Positions 1 to 12,345 of a stretch of DNA of 64,000 bases are shown piece after piece. The stretch spans positions 8,308,001 to 8,372,000 of the forward strand of contig NC_043015.1 in NCBI RefSeq assembly GCF_006345805.1, given 5' to 3'. Origin of the DNA: Octopus sinensis (taxonomy: Eukaryota). The stretch's first letter is position 1; each line of letters begins with the position of its first letter. The notes under the pieces were generated by a model. The model was given only the letters and a program-made list of their open reading frames with translations, did not search any database and was not told the DNA's origin. Position numbers and translations under genes: made by a program.

Positions 1-2412
1 ATATTCTAGCCCGTTTTGCAGCAAATGCTTTTCGCTAACATACATGTAGTAACACAGCGCCCGATTTTTAACAGTAGTCTTACATATTCAAGTTCATTAA
101 ATGTTATTAAGTCATTTTGCCGTGGTTAACTTGATACTGTGCTATAGATCGGGGAATACATACGTGTCTCAACGCATGATTCAACTGGAGAATCTCATCC
201 ATGTGTAAAGCATGTGAATTATAAAGTACATTTTGTTTCGTTGGATGTAGAAGACAACGTTCCATACAGTGTATGAGAACACCTGATTTAAAGAGATATA
301 ATTGCATTACATATTTCTTTGTCCAAATTGGAGAAAATATCGGATGTTTATATCAAAATGACTCATGGATGTGCCGTCAAACGTGTGTGATATACAAGAA
401 GCTGGTTATGTTCTGGCTGCGTACTGTGTTTGTGAACGTGTGTCGAGACCTGTACATCGTTTTTGTTGCCGTCGTTAGTAAGAAACTGATAATAGATTGT
501 AATTTATATCTAACAGATATATAATAACTATAGCATATATATATATATATATGTTATATACCACTACTACATGAACCTGAAGATTGCAGAATTTAATGCA
601 TGAATGTACTATTTCAATCAGAATGAACATTTAACATTCTATTATTTTATTTTATTATATTATATTATATTATCTTATATCATTATAAGATTGTAAACAA
701 AACGTGAAAATCAGACAAGGTTGGGATTCCTTTTATTAATATATTCTTCTATACACAATCACACACACCCGTATATATATATATATATATATATATAACA
801 AATATGTTATTTCGTTTGAATATTATTATATTTTTTTAATATTTTATAGTTTTGTGTGTTATGTTTGGAAATGTCGTTGTACTATTAGGGGCCCAAGTCG
901 TTGTTTAGTCGATATCATGTAAAATATGTCAGCAGCAGAAAATTATATGCTGAACATGCTTTTCTCACTAAATATCGTAGAATAAAAGTGTAAGTGACAA
1001 TCAGTGCTTCATATAAAAAGAAAACGTGGAAATAGATAATTAGCCTCATACTGAGTGTCGTAACAAAATGTAACACATAAACTCGAATCACAATTTCACG
1101 CGTTTTACCAGTGCAAGGAATAGCAACACCAACGCCTCCGGGAACAATAACGGAATCAAAACAGATGCAATCAAACATCTATAATATCAATATCTTTATT
1201 TTTCTCGCACAGGCACTAGGTTTTATATTTTGGAATACTACGGACTGTTTTGTTTTCTCTCAGCTTATTGACTATAGACGGATGCAATGGGGAGAGTTTC
1301 ACTCCGAGTAGTGAAGAGTACGAAGAATTTTGTTCGAAGCTTTAAAGATTATGTCACTCTAGCATATTTACACGGCTTTTAATATAGGCACTATGGCAGA
1401 AATAATTTCGGCACGAATTACATCAAATCTTTTGACTCTGGGTCTTGATAAATGTTTTAGTATTTACGAGACTGTATGGATAAAAATCAAAGTGGAGCAT
1501 GGTGGCATTTGAATTAGAATCCAAATTCCAGGAACAAATACCTCAAGGCAAAAGCTTTAAGATTTATGCTTATTCAATACTGCGACAGCAGCAACAAATA
1601 TATCGCCACCACCGGCAGCGGCAACAGTAATATGAATATAAGGATGACAATAACAATATGAATATAAGGAAAGATATTAATCATATCGATATTCATAACG
1701 GAATGAAATGCTGCTGGGCGCCACAGTAATTCAAAGCATTCATGTGCCGAGAAACCTGCTTAGTAGATCGATACGTGGATGTCAGAACAAGACAGAATGA
1801 GGGACATCCTGTGACCCTAACACATGTTTAAACGAAATAAATTTCTACGACGAATGAACATCGTCAATTATTTGAAGTCAATTTCATACATTATGCATTA
1901 TAATAGTAGTGCTAGTTCCATCTAATTTAAATTGTCCATTATCCTTTCTATAATAATAGAAATACGCATAGGGAGATGAATAAAACAAAAATGTACAATC
2001 TTTGCATGCTTGACATGACATGATAGTAGTTAACTACAATGGTGGTTGCGTTTTATTGTATCCAAGCTGCGTAAAGATGCTGCTTATTACATCGCCTCGA
2101 GTAAAAGGACTGTCATTTACAATTATTGGCGAATGCTATTCATTTCCGTAGAGACAAACAAATAAGCTTCTGCTTTCTGATGGCAATAGTTTCACAAAAT
2201 CTTTCTCAACATCTTTATAGAAAAAAACAAAACAAAGATATACAATACGAGGTTAAGTTGAAAAAGAAGATATGCTAAACTTTAAATGTGCTACAGTATT
2301 TCTCGTGAAAATGAAACAAAATTCAATCGAGAATTTGTAAGTTTCCTAAGATAAGTAAAATTTAATCGGCCAACTACTATTATATATCCAATTTCGCTAC
2401 TATCATATATGT

Positions 2413-2736
2413 GAGGGCGCGTGGCTTAGTGGTTAGGGCATTCGGCTCATGATCTTAAGGTTGTGAGTTCGATTCCCGGCGACGCGTTGTGTCCTTGAGC
2501 AAGACACTTTATTTCACGTTGCTCCAGTCCACTCAGCTGGCAAAAATGAGTTGTACTTGTATTTCAAAGGGTCAGCCTTGTCACTCTCTGTGTCACGCTG
2601 ATTATCCCCGAGAACTACGTTAAGGAGACACGTGTCTGTGGAATGCTCAGCCATTTGCACGTTAATTTCACGAGCAAGCTGTTCCGTTGATCGTATCAGC
2701 TGGGACCCTCCTCGTCGTAACAGGCGGAGTCTTTAC
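2413..2736 (+). mobile_element. tRNA-derived SINE (type A) with CORE-like central domain
   Basis: A box TGGCTTAGTGG and B box GAGTTCGATTCC, then TTGTGTCCTTGAGCAAGACACTTT (CORE-like). Flanked by a perfect 24-bp direct repeat at 2375-2398 and 2734-2757. Confidence 0.85.
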
Positions 2737-2774
2737 TATTATATATCCAATTTCGCTTACATATATTCGTAAGT

Positions 2775-3005
2775 GAGGTGGCGAGCTGGCAGAAACGTTA
2801 GCGCGCCGGGCGTAATGCTTAGTGGTATTTCGTCTGTCGTTACGTTCTGAGTTCAAATTCCGCCGAGGTCGACTTTGCCTTTCATCCCCTGAGAGTCGAT
2901 AAATAAAGTACCAGCTTCGCACTGGGTCGATGTAATCGACTTAATCCCTTTGTCTATCCTTGATTGTGCCCTCTATGTTTAGCCCCTTATGGGTAGTAAA
3001 GAAAT
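2775..3005 (+). mobile_element. SINE type B (GCCTTTCATCC...GTCGATAAATAAAGTACCAG domain, Meta-domain-like)
   Basis: Degenerate tRNA-like head with GAGTTCAAATTCC. Related copies at 21260-21335, 26735-26880, 27885-28315 and 42910-43060. ATATATTCGT(AAGT) on both flanks. Confidence 0.8.
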
Positions 3006-3309
3006 ATATATTCGTATTCGTAAGTTGGATGTATGTGCTGTTGTTATTGCTGTTGCATAGAATTCCGTTTACTCATTTGAAAAAAAATACTTCTATTAAT
3101 AACAAACAAAAGTGCTAGTTTTGTTTTCCGTTTATTTCATAAGTTGTTAAAATGTTCCTCAAACAACAGTGACGAGATGCTGCATACATTACACCTTAGT
3201 GCCTTAATCGTGATATAATGGCTTTAATTTCAGCACAATGTCTCAGATAAATACACCTCTAATTTTGCAACGAATTCTTTTTATTATAAAATTAACTTTG
3301 TTTTATCCA

Positions 3310-3660
3310 TTTGCTGCTTCAGGTGTCCTTTACGGCCTCCACCTTTTCTCAGTCTCTTAATGCTGCTCTATACTGTTGGTAACTGTGTTTCGCGTGAGTC
3401 TTCACGCTACCTATCGACAATCTGTATTTCTTTTGAACAGACTTTGTTCTCCAGGCCTTCCACGCTCTAGTTTTCCACGCTCCTTTCTTTCAGAGATCCA
3501 TGGTATTGCTGTCATACAGTTGTTGGTAAAGCGGTTCTTTTTTCTGTATTACGCTGGTATTGGTATACATCCTACCCCTCCCTCGAGCTCAAACTCACCT
3601 TTTGATTGTGTGATCTTGCTGATGTATTCTAAGTGGCTACGTGTATCTGAAAAGCAGGCA
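3310..3660 (-). mobile_element. Decayed 3' end of an RTE-like LINE
   Basis: Minus translation TAIPWISERKERGKLERGRP...EKRWR resembles the RTE ORF2 C-terminal W.P.GKR.RGRP...WR motif; contains stops. Confidence 0.5.
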
Positions 3661-3882
3661 TGAAAACGAGAAACATGTTTCGCCGTCTCAAGCACATCTG
3701 CATTTCCACAAGCATAGTTAATAATTACTTCAATTTTCTCATATGAGGGTCATGGGGTTAAACATTGATCCAAACAATACTTGAAATACAAATGAACTTT
3801 CTATATACATCTCTAGGTTGAGTTTCGTTAACAAAGTTAGTAATAAGAATGAAACCAGAAAATAATAATGTACAAAATCACC

Positions 3883-3892
3883 ATATATATAT

Positions 3893-3952
<60 letters not shown>

Positions 3953-4065
3953 TATATATATATATAATATATATTATATATATATATATTTATATATATA
4001 TATAAATAAATATATATATATATTTATATATAATATATATATATATATAATATATATATATATAT

Positions 4066-4096
<31 letters not shown>
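3883..4096. repeat. (TA)n microsatellite
   Basis: Direct reading; source of the YIYI ORFs. Confidence 0.98.
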
Positions 4097-4285
4097 GTTA
4101 ATCCAAACAAGAAAACTAAAAAAAAAACACAAAAAAACACACCAACGCGAGGATGTGGAACAAATAAAGTATTATTGGACGCTCGGGAAAGAAGGGAAGG
4201 AGGATTTAACGTTTCGAGCGGAGCTCTTCGTCGGAAATAAAGGAGAAGGAAAGATCCCGAGAAGGGAAGACAGAGGAAAAAAATG
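4097..4285 (-). mobile_element. Short non-autonomous repeat with hammerhead-like motif (family H1, Penelope-terminal-repeat-like)
   Basis: Near-identical to 39240-39430 and 59625-59795. Minus strand reads attt-CCGACGA-agagctccgctc-GAAA-cgtt-aaat at 4204-4238. All three copies abut (TA)n. Confidence 0.75.
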
Positions 4286-4979
4286 GTGGCGGTGCTCATG
4301 TATATCCATTACCTGAAATGGAAGGTTTGTTTCAAAATATAGAATCATTTAGATATAATTATATATGAATATCAACAATACCTGAAGAAAATCCTTCTGT
4401 TACAAATAAAAAAAATATTGTATGCCGCTCTAATACATGCCACTTTCTAATACTTTGTAATAATGGAACCTGAACTGATGGTTTGATATACAACAGAATC
4501 AAAGATCATGTGAGGGTCGGTCACTCGACTTGATGTCAAATTGAGCGTTTATGCAAACAGGTGTTGTTGGATGGTTCAGTTTAAGTATAACATGCACAAT
4601 TGCTTTTAAGATACGCATGATATTGGCGAAGAGTATGTGTTACTAAATCAGTTGTTCATATAACTGGAGTCGGTGTATGAACATCGTTGTCGGTGCATGA
4701 ACGGTGTTATCGAGTCAGTGTATGAACATTCGATGAATATGTAAATTATTCAGAAAAGGTAACATATGAAAATAGCAGACTGCATGCATTAGAAGACACG
4801 GGTACAAATGAAAATGAGTGTTTTAGTTAGAAGTGGTTAATTAACATGGGTTTCTAGTATCTAAGTAAGAAGTTTCCTGTGTTACAAAGGAAAGTGATCT
4901 AAAGTTACCAAGTGGTTTCGTAGCAACTGAAGAGCAAGTAAATAGCTTCCGAGCCTTAGAGCTGAATGTTAATATTTAT

Positions 4980-5450
4980 ATGACTGTACGGCTCAAGGAA
5001 TACACTCCATAGAGAACAGGATCAATGACATGAACATTGAAGAGGTGGTAGTGCTTGAGAAATTGTCTGACGCAGCTAGCAAGTTTTGTGTGAGAATTAT
5101 CGACAATACGGTGAAATTCATAAGTTAGGTCCAGTACAGTGATGTTCGGTTAAGATATCAAATAGAAACCAAAATTTCTACGAAATTAATTTCTGAATTA
5201 AAGATAATGTAGTCGAATCCTAGTGCAGCACGGAAACTTTGATGATAAATGGGAAATATTTGAGACGTTCACTGCTGAATAAGTTGGAAGCAATGTAAAT
5301 GACAATTTAGCAATGTGGTGGACACGATGAGATTTTGTTGCCGACTAAAATAATGAGAGTTGAATAGAGGGCGAATTTCATTGATTGGAAGAACCTATGT
5401 CATAATTTATAGTTAGTCAGCTGGAGAACTTGGAAGGAAATTGGAACATA
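4980..5450 (+). mobile_element. Possible highly decayed LINE (RTE-like) RT fragment
   Basis: LEKLSDAASKFCVRI resembles the post-YADD segment and GHDEILLPTKIM resembles the GHV.R region. Many stops; weak. Confidence 0.3.
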
Positions 5451-5753
5451 GTCCGTTGATATACTTTAGAAATCATATTTCAAATCTGAGAGGCACTGCG
5501 AACCTCTTCAGGAATAACTTGGTGAATCAACATTGAAATGAAGTCTTAACAGACACAAATACTGACGTTCTGCGTATCACACTCAGAACATGATTTAGGG
5601 ATGGTTTATACCATGCTGGTGGACCTCCTTGAAGAGTCATAGACGAAACGAATTGACCACATGATTTTACTTATCCTGTCCGTATTTGCCAACTTGTTAG
5701 GTAGCAATGGTGGTACAAATAGAGACACATAGACACAGAGATAAATGCACACA

Positions 5754-6173
5754 CATACATACATAAATACATACATATATGCCTACATATATAGATACAT
5801 ACATGCATACATCCATCCATACATACATACATACATACATACATACATACATACATACATACATACATACATACATACATACATACATACATACATACAT
5901 ACATACATACATACATACATACATACATACATACATACTACATACATACATACATACCATACATACATACATACATACATACATACATACATACATACAT
6001 ACATACATACATACATACATACTACATACATACATACATACATACATACATACATACATACACATACATACATACAACATACATACATACATACATACAT
6101 ACATACATACATACATACATACATACATACATACATACATACATACATACATACTACATACATACATACATAC
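5754..6173. repeat. (CATA)n microsatellite, ~420 bp, internal to a SINE type C copy
   Basis: Direct reading; abuts the SINE C 5' half at 6179. Confidence 0.97.
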
Positions 6174-6178
6174 TACTA

Positions 6179-6320
6179 TGACGGGCTTTTTTCATTTTCA
6201 GTCTACCAATTCCAGTCACAAGACTCCAGACCATAGAAGATAATTGGTCAAGGTGCCACGCAGTGGGACCGAACCTGCAACCATATAGCTGAGAAGCAAG
6301 CTTCTTACCACATGACCACA
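6179..6320 (-). mobile_element. SINE type C, degenerate 5' half
   Basis: Matches 7420-7570 (caaggtgccacgcagtgggac.gaacc). Confidence 0.75.
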
Positions 6321-7121
6321 ATAAGTTATGAACAAAGACACACACTTTTAGTCATATGAATTTCTGGAGTGAATATCAAATATTGCCTTTTTCCACTCAA
6401 ATCGTAAAGGGTAGACTTATCACCTACATAGTAAGGACACAGATATTGTGTCTAAAGCCAGCTAGAGACGAAGATCTCTTGGGGCTATATAGCTACAGTA
6501 ACACCCCCTCCCCAATGTGGTTAGCCATGATAAGATGGCTTCTATACTTTACAGTAAGAAGATTGTTTTAGAGAAAGGGTGTGGGATGAAAGGAGTAAAG
6601 GCCAGTGGTATTTGAAGTAAAACGTGGAGGAAGTGGTGTCAATGATGGAATGGTGGCGTGTGTAGTATAAGAGTTTTACAATGGTGGGGTAATGAAGAGT
6701 GAGAGATGGTGGTGAAAGATTGTAGTAAGATCAAAATGAGTTAAAATGAGATAAAGAGGAAGAGGAAGGACGAGATAAGTACCAACAGAGGTCAATTGAA
6801 GCTAAGAATGACATGACATATAGACGATTACACTGACACATCGACACAAAGAGTAAAGGAAAGAGGGGAGGGAAGAAACTATCATACCAAAGAATATAAG
6901 TAGGTTAAAAGTAGCCAAGAGAAAAATTTAAGAAGATTTAAACAATGTAAATAAATACGAATATAGATTCTGCTAGGAATGGTCAGAATGAATTCAGAAA
7001 TATTACATCTTGTGTATGTGTTTGTGTCTACTCTTCTCTTTTTTATATAATGTGAGGTGTATGCGTGCATGTATGTATGTTTGTATGTGTGTGTGCGTGT
7101 GTGTATGTATTCTCTCTCTTT

Positions 7122-7331
7122 CTCTTTTACTTGTTTCAGTCATTTGACAGCGGCCATGCTGGAGCACCGGCTTTAGTCGAGCAACTCGACTCCGGGGCTT
7201 AATCTTTGTAAGCCCAGTACTTATTCTCTTGGTCTCTTTTGCCGAACCGCTAAGTAACGGGGACATAAACACACCAGCATCGGTTGTGAAGCAAAGCTAG
7301 GGGAACAAATACAGACACACAAACATACACG

Positions 7332-7416
<85 letters not shown>

Positions 7417-7584
7417 GATACGACGGGCTTCTTTTAGTTTCCGTCTACCAAATCCAGTCACAAGGCTTTGGTCGGGCCGAGGCTATAGTAGAAGACAATT
7501 GCCCAAGGTGCCACGCAGTGGGACTGAACCCGGAAACATGTGGTTGGTAAGAAAGCTACTTACCACACAGCCGCTCCTGCGCCT
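7122..7584 (-). mobile_element. Full-length SINE type C (tRNA-like head, CORE-like domain, internal microsatellite, LINE-like tail)
   Basis: Minus strand: head with B box GGGTTCAGTCCC, CACCTTGGGCAA core, (TA/CA)n insert, tail GGTGCTCCAGCATGGCCGCTGTCAAATGACTGAAACAAGTAAAAGAG. Near-identical to 60183-60616. Confidence 0.9.
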
Positions 7585-9104
7585 ATATATGTATTATGTA
7601 TATATGTATTATGTATCTATCTATCTCTCCCTCTCTTTATATGTGTATGTGTATGCGTGTGTGTGGATGAATGTATGAAACTTCACGTAGAGAAATATGG
7701 AAGAGGGGAAAAGAGACAAAAACTGAAATATATAAGTATCGCGTGAAATCCGATGGAAATTTTCGCTCAGCTAACTCTAAGACAACTCTACTATTTTCGG
7801 TAGGTCTAAAATGGAGATATCATCTCAAGATCGCAGACTCTTACGAACATAAACTTATCAAATGATTACGTAAAGTTATGTATATTTGATTACATCAAGC
7901 AATATAGTTAAATCGATTCCATTGCAACATAGACAATTACTCCGAACAGTTTACTTCAGGTTCTCAGTGAAGTGAGATAAATATTGAGAAGTGCAAATAT
8001 GACAGATATTTTTCCTTGATAGGAAAGATCCGTCTGAATATGGAAGAGCGCATTTATAATGAATATACACTAGCTGAATTGAATGCTTGTTGCTCGATAA
8101 GCTGAAATTTTTTCTTAGGTACGATATTTTCATTTAAGTTATTACAATATATTATAGCAAATAATATGTCATTATCGTAGTAGCATATAACTGAGGAAGA
8201 AATGGAAAAATATCTTAAACCAATGTTAAACCAATAACAATGTTATGAACAAAACAAAGTTGGCTCGCATTAGTGTTTGGCATTAGTTAGGATTTTGAAT
8301 TAGGTTACAAGGTTGACTGTATAATAATCACGCTGTATTTATATATATTTTTTATTTCTTCGTATGTTTTCTATTTTCTTGTAATCAGGAGGTAGGTTGT
8401 TGCAAATGACTGTTTAAAGAACCGACGAGACGGTTGTAAAGTGGGGAGGAGAGAAATTAGCTTGAAATACGAAACATGTTTCAAAAAGAATAGTCTCCAG
8501 GTGGAAGTTTTAATCCGTTATGGATTAATAGTTTGAAACTCTTATATGTATATTGCTGCATTACTTGTTTATATCGTACCGTAATTTGATAGTTCGTGGC
8601 ATTTGAGGTCATGGTAAAATATTTCACTCTGTGTGTGTTTGAACTGTAATATAACTAACCACACACTTAAAAATAGAATAAACACGAGACATTCGGTTTA
8701 TGTTTAAATATCCCCTTTTTATTATCACTAATATATTTTGAAACATATATATTTCTTTAAAAATCTAAATATTTGTTAGTAAAATGACAAGCATACTTCC
8801 GATATAAACAGGAGATATATGACATAAAGTATTGGTTGGCATATATCAACTTCTATAAAGCTCCGAATATGTTACAGTTCAGCATAAATCAGGGCCAAAA
8901 TTGTAGATTAAGACGTTAAGTCGGCAGTGTTCATATTTGCTACATCAAGGATGTTTTTGCTCCAAGTGACGGGGGCTGCGTAATTGTGTAACGACAATCA
9001 CGTTTCTTTTTGTTTTGTATGCATTTCATGCATGTTGTGGGTAAGTATTTATTGAGGTTAGTATTTGTGTATGCATTCCGATATGCATACCCTCACATAC
9101 AGGC

Positions 9105-9105
<1 letters not shown>

Positions 9106-9148
<43 letters not shown>

Positions 9149-9182
9149 ATATCTATCTATCTATCTATCTACCAATCTATCA

Positions 9183-9251
<69 letters not shown>

Positions 9252-9310
9252 ACCATCTATCTATCTATCTACCAATCTATCTAACTATCTATCTATCTAC
9301 CTATCTATCT
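9106..9310. repeat. (TCTA)n microsatellite
   Basis: Direct reading. Confidence 0.97.
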
Positions 9311-10206
9311 AATCTGTTTGTGTCACTATGTTTATGCTTGCCTGTTTTTGTATGTACATAAGCACACACATACACACATACACACACACACACACCTAAC
9401 TGCACACGTATCTACGTATATGTATGTGCATGCGTGTGCGTGTACATGTGTGCAAGTAAAATGCTCATCACCTTGAGTATTTCATTATTGGATGGGAAAT
9501 TGACAATTTAAATGAGATAGAAAAATCCCGCTATTATAATGCAGTATGTGAGAAATTGGCTTCAGCTCAGTGCAGATGTTCACTTGTAGCCATTTATTTC
9601 GCTTAAACATGAGCAGGGGTCACAGTGTGCACCTTAATATGGATTGTCATGACATCCACGTATCGATCCACTAAGCAGGTTCCTTGAAACATAAATCCTG
9701 TGTTGAATTTACATTACAAACAATAACACTTCATAAATTCGTGATTATTAATGCTACTGAGGCGTTTCTCACTATTCGGTCGATCCATCTAAGGTCTCTT
9801 CAAACGATATAAAAAGGCTTGGTATGCTGGTGCGCGATTGCAAGCTGAGGCACCGATGTTTAATGATAATTCTTACGCAGGGAAATGTGTAAAAAAACAT
9901 TGTAGATATAGATACTTAGTTACACAACTCTCCTCATTGACGCAGCTGCACTTCTGGATTCAGCAAAGAGCTGGAACATTATCAAATGCTGCACAAATCC
10001 GAAGTAGTCGGGTAAAAGCAATCAGGTGGTTTTTCCCCTTCTCATTTTATTCTAGGAATGACAACAATGAAGAGAGTAGTCTCTTCCCGTTGAATAAAGC
10101 TTTATAAAAAAATGTCGATAAAAAGGTAACAAACCTAGGGGTCAAACCTAACCCAAAAGCTGCTAGCTTAGTGGCAAAATATGGATATATCGTTGTTGGT
10201 ATTGCT

Positions 10207-10279
10207 GTTGTTGTTGTTGTTGTTCTTCTTCTTCTTCCTCTTCTTCTTCTTCTTCTTCGTATTATTATTATTATTATTA

Positions 10280-10368
<89 letters not shown>
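10207..10368. repeat. Compound trinucleotide array (GTT)-(CTT)-(ATT)-(AGT)
   Basis: Direct reading. Confidence 0.95.
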
Positions 10369-10748
10369 ATATTGTCTTCTTTCATTTTTGCTTCCGTTTC
10401 TTGCCGAGTGTCTTCCCAGCACCTAGGGCAAAGGAAATCAAATTATACATTGGTAGGTCATAAAAGTAAGCACACCAGATAGTTCATTTACAAAGTCATG
10501 TGATAGAAAAAGAAGGAGTAGAAACACAGAGATAAAGAAAGAGAGTAAAATGAAAAAGGTAGAAAATAAAATATAGAAGGAAACGGAAAGAAATTTCACA
10601 GCGACAATGCTCTTCCCAATATTTTTTGGACACATATTGCATGACAGAGACATATTGTATGACAGGGATTTAACGTCTGGAGATACATGGTGCATATTAA
10701 CTATACAATTTCAAAATAAGGTTCTTAAAATAAAAAAAACACGGTTTT

Positions 10749-11996
10749 CCAGAGGTAATGTAGTACGATCGTTTCAAGCAACTCTATTTAATTGAACAAT
10801 GCCATCATGTAAAAAAGTAAATATATAATTTTTAGTTTAGTATAATTAAATTATTATAGATTTTCTATAAAACGTCTCTATTGATGGTAGCAAGTTATAT
10901 ATACTTTATCATGTTTTTTTGTGATTAATCTATTTTATTCCCTTTTTTATGATGTTCTGCGCTACCTGGTTATTTCATTATGTCATAATTTTATAATTAA
11001 TAACCTTTATATATTTAGTTATAAAATAAATCTAATTTTTGTGCCTCTATAAATCCATTATTATATAAAACAATAAAAGTATAATCTCTACTTAAAATAA
11101 TCTGCATATATTATAATTTTATTTATATATAGTTAGCATGTTTTTTTACCTCAGTACTCCTTTATTAAATACCAGTATATACAAATTGGTCAATCTTCAC
11201 ATATACAATCTACTGCGTTAGTATTTAAGTATATAAAACGTTTAAATATTAAACTATTTCTTGATAGTTTCGTTTCCTTCCTCTATTGTGGTAAAAGTTT
11301 GGTATATACGCAAAATATTTTTAAATTATCCTTTTGTTATAATATTCTTGTTACTAATCTTCTGAATAACCCTAAATTTGGAATTTATACAATAATGGCA
11401 ATATTGCTTAAAATATTTAACTATAGTACCACATGATAAGATTTCCCCTGTTATATTATCTATGGTCTACTAGAGGTCTACCCCTTTTATTGTCAGCTAA
11501 CATCTTGATTTAAAATTTTCTTTACCAAATCTCATGATATTGCTTCAAATAAATCTTGATAGTTTTTTTATGACTATACCCACTATGAATTCTGTCGACT
11601 CCCTCAGCTCCCTTCTGAACAGACACTGCGCCGTGTTCTTTTTGCCTTAGTTATACAAAGATTTGATAAAGTAGTCTATAAATAAAAACTGACCGCATAA
11701 AACAGTGACAATTAAAATTTGGAACAAGTCATTTTTCCTAATACATTAGTATCTTCTAAGCTGAAGTGAAGACAGCATGTTCTTTGTCTATCTCCTTACC
11801 TTCTTGGAGATTTTAGGTAAAATTATACTAAAATTATGCTATATAATAAAATTATTCTAATGCTCATCGGTTTTAATTTAATTAAATCCTACGTCTTTAT
11901 GCAGATGACGATTGCTCTGCATTTAATTTGATGTAATGATTGCATTATTTAATTAAATGGTGTGGCTTGAAACGATCGTACTGCTTTTACCTCTGG
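10749..11996 (-). mobile_element. Decayed Tc1/IS630-like DNA transposon, ~1.25 kb, with ~58-bp imperfect TIRs
   Basis: TIRs at 10749-10806 and 11938-11996 share the perfect core AGTACGATCGTTTCAAGC. The minus interior has only faint DDE-like remnants (PSIETF resembling the PDLNPIE motif). Confidence 0.7.
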
Positions 11997-12017
11997 TTAT
12001 CCTTGTCGGTTATCTTC

Positions 12018-12083
<66 letters not shown>

Positions 12084-12159
12084 AATGAAATAAAATAAAG
12101 AGAGAAAGGGGAGGGACAGAGCGTCTAAGAGATGCGTGTGTGTGTTTGGTACACTTCTA

Positions 12160-12246
12160 TCTGTCTATCGACTCGAGCTGGCCATAGCCTTGTGATTGAA
12201 TTTCGTCGACGGAAACAGAAAGAAGCCAGTCGTTTATGTATGTATA

Positions 12247-12282
<36 letters not shown>

Positions 12283-12345
12283 TGTATGTATGTATGTATG
12301 TATGTATGTATGTATGCATGTATGTATGTATGTATGTATATATGT
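12160..12345 (+). mobile_element. Partial SINE type C plus (TATG)n
   Basis: AGCCTTGTGATTGAATTTCGTCGACGGAAACAGAAAGAAGCC matches the SINE C body. Confidence 0.7.

Noticed and set aside
2413-2485. tRNA-like sequences at the heads at 2413, 54339 and 54867
   Set aside because: They have A and B boxes but no proper acceptor stem and run directly into SINE bodies, so they are SINE heads, not tRNA genes.
5671-6243. Long ORFs (MYVC/HTYI repeats), and similar YIYI, VCVC and LSIY ORFs across the window
   Set aside because: They are translations of (CATA)n, (TA)n, (CA)n and (TCTA)n microsatellites, which lack stops in several frames.
10047-10482. Poly-T/N/I/R and poly-V/L/I ORFs resembling transmembrane or low-complexity proteins
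   Set aside because: They arise entirely from the compound trinucleotide array.
10800-11940. Possible mitochondrial insertion (very AT-rich, coding-like), also considered for 55300-58530
   Set aside because: No mitochondrial gene or tRNA motif recognised; paired TIRs explain the first region better.
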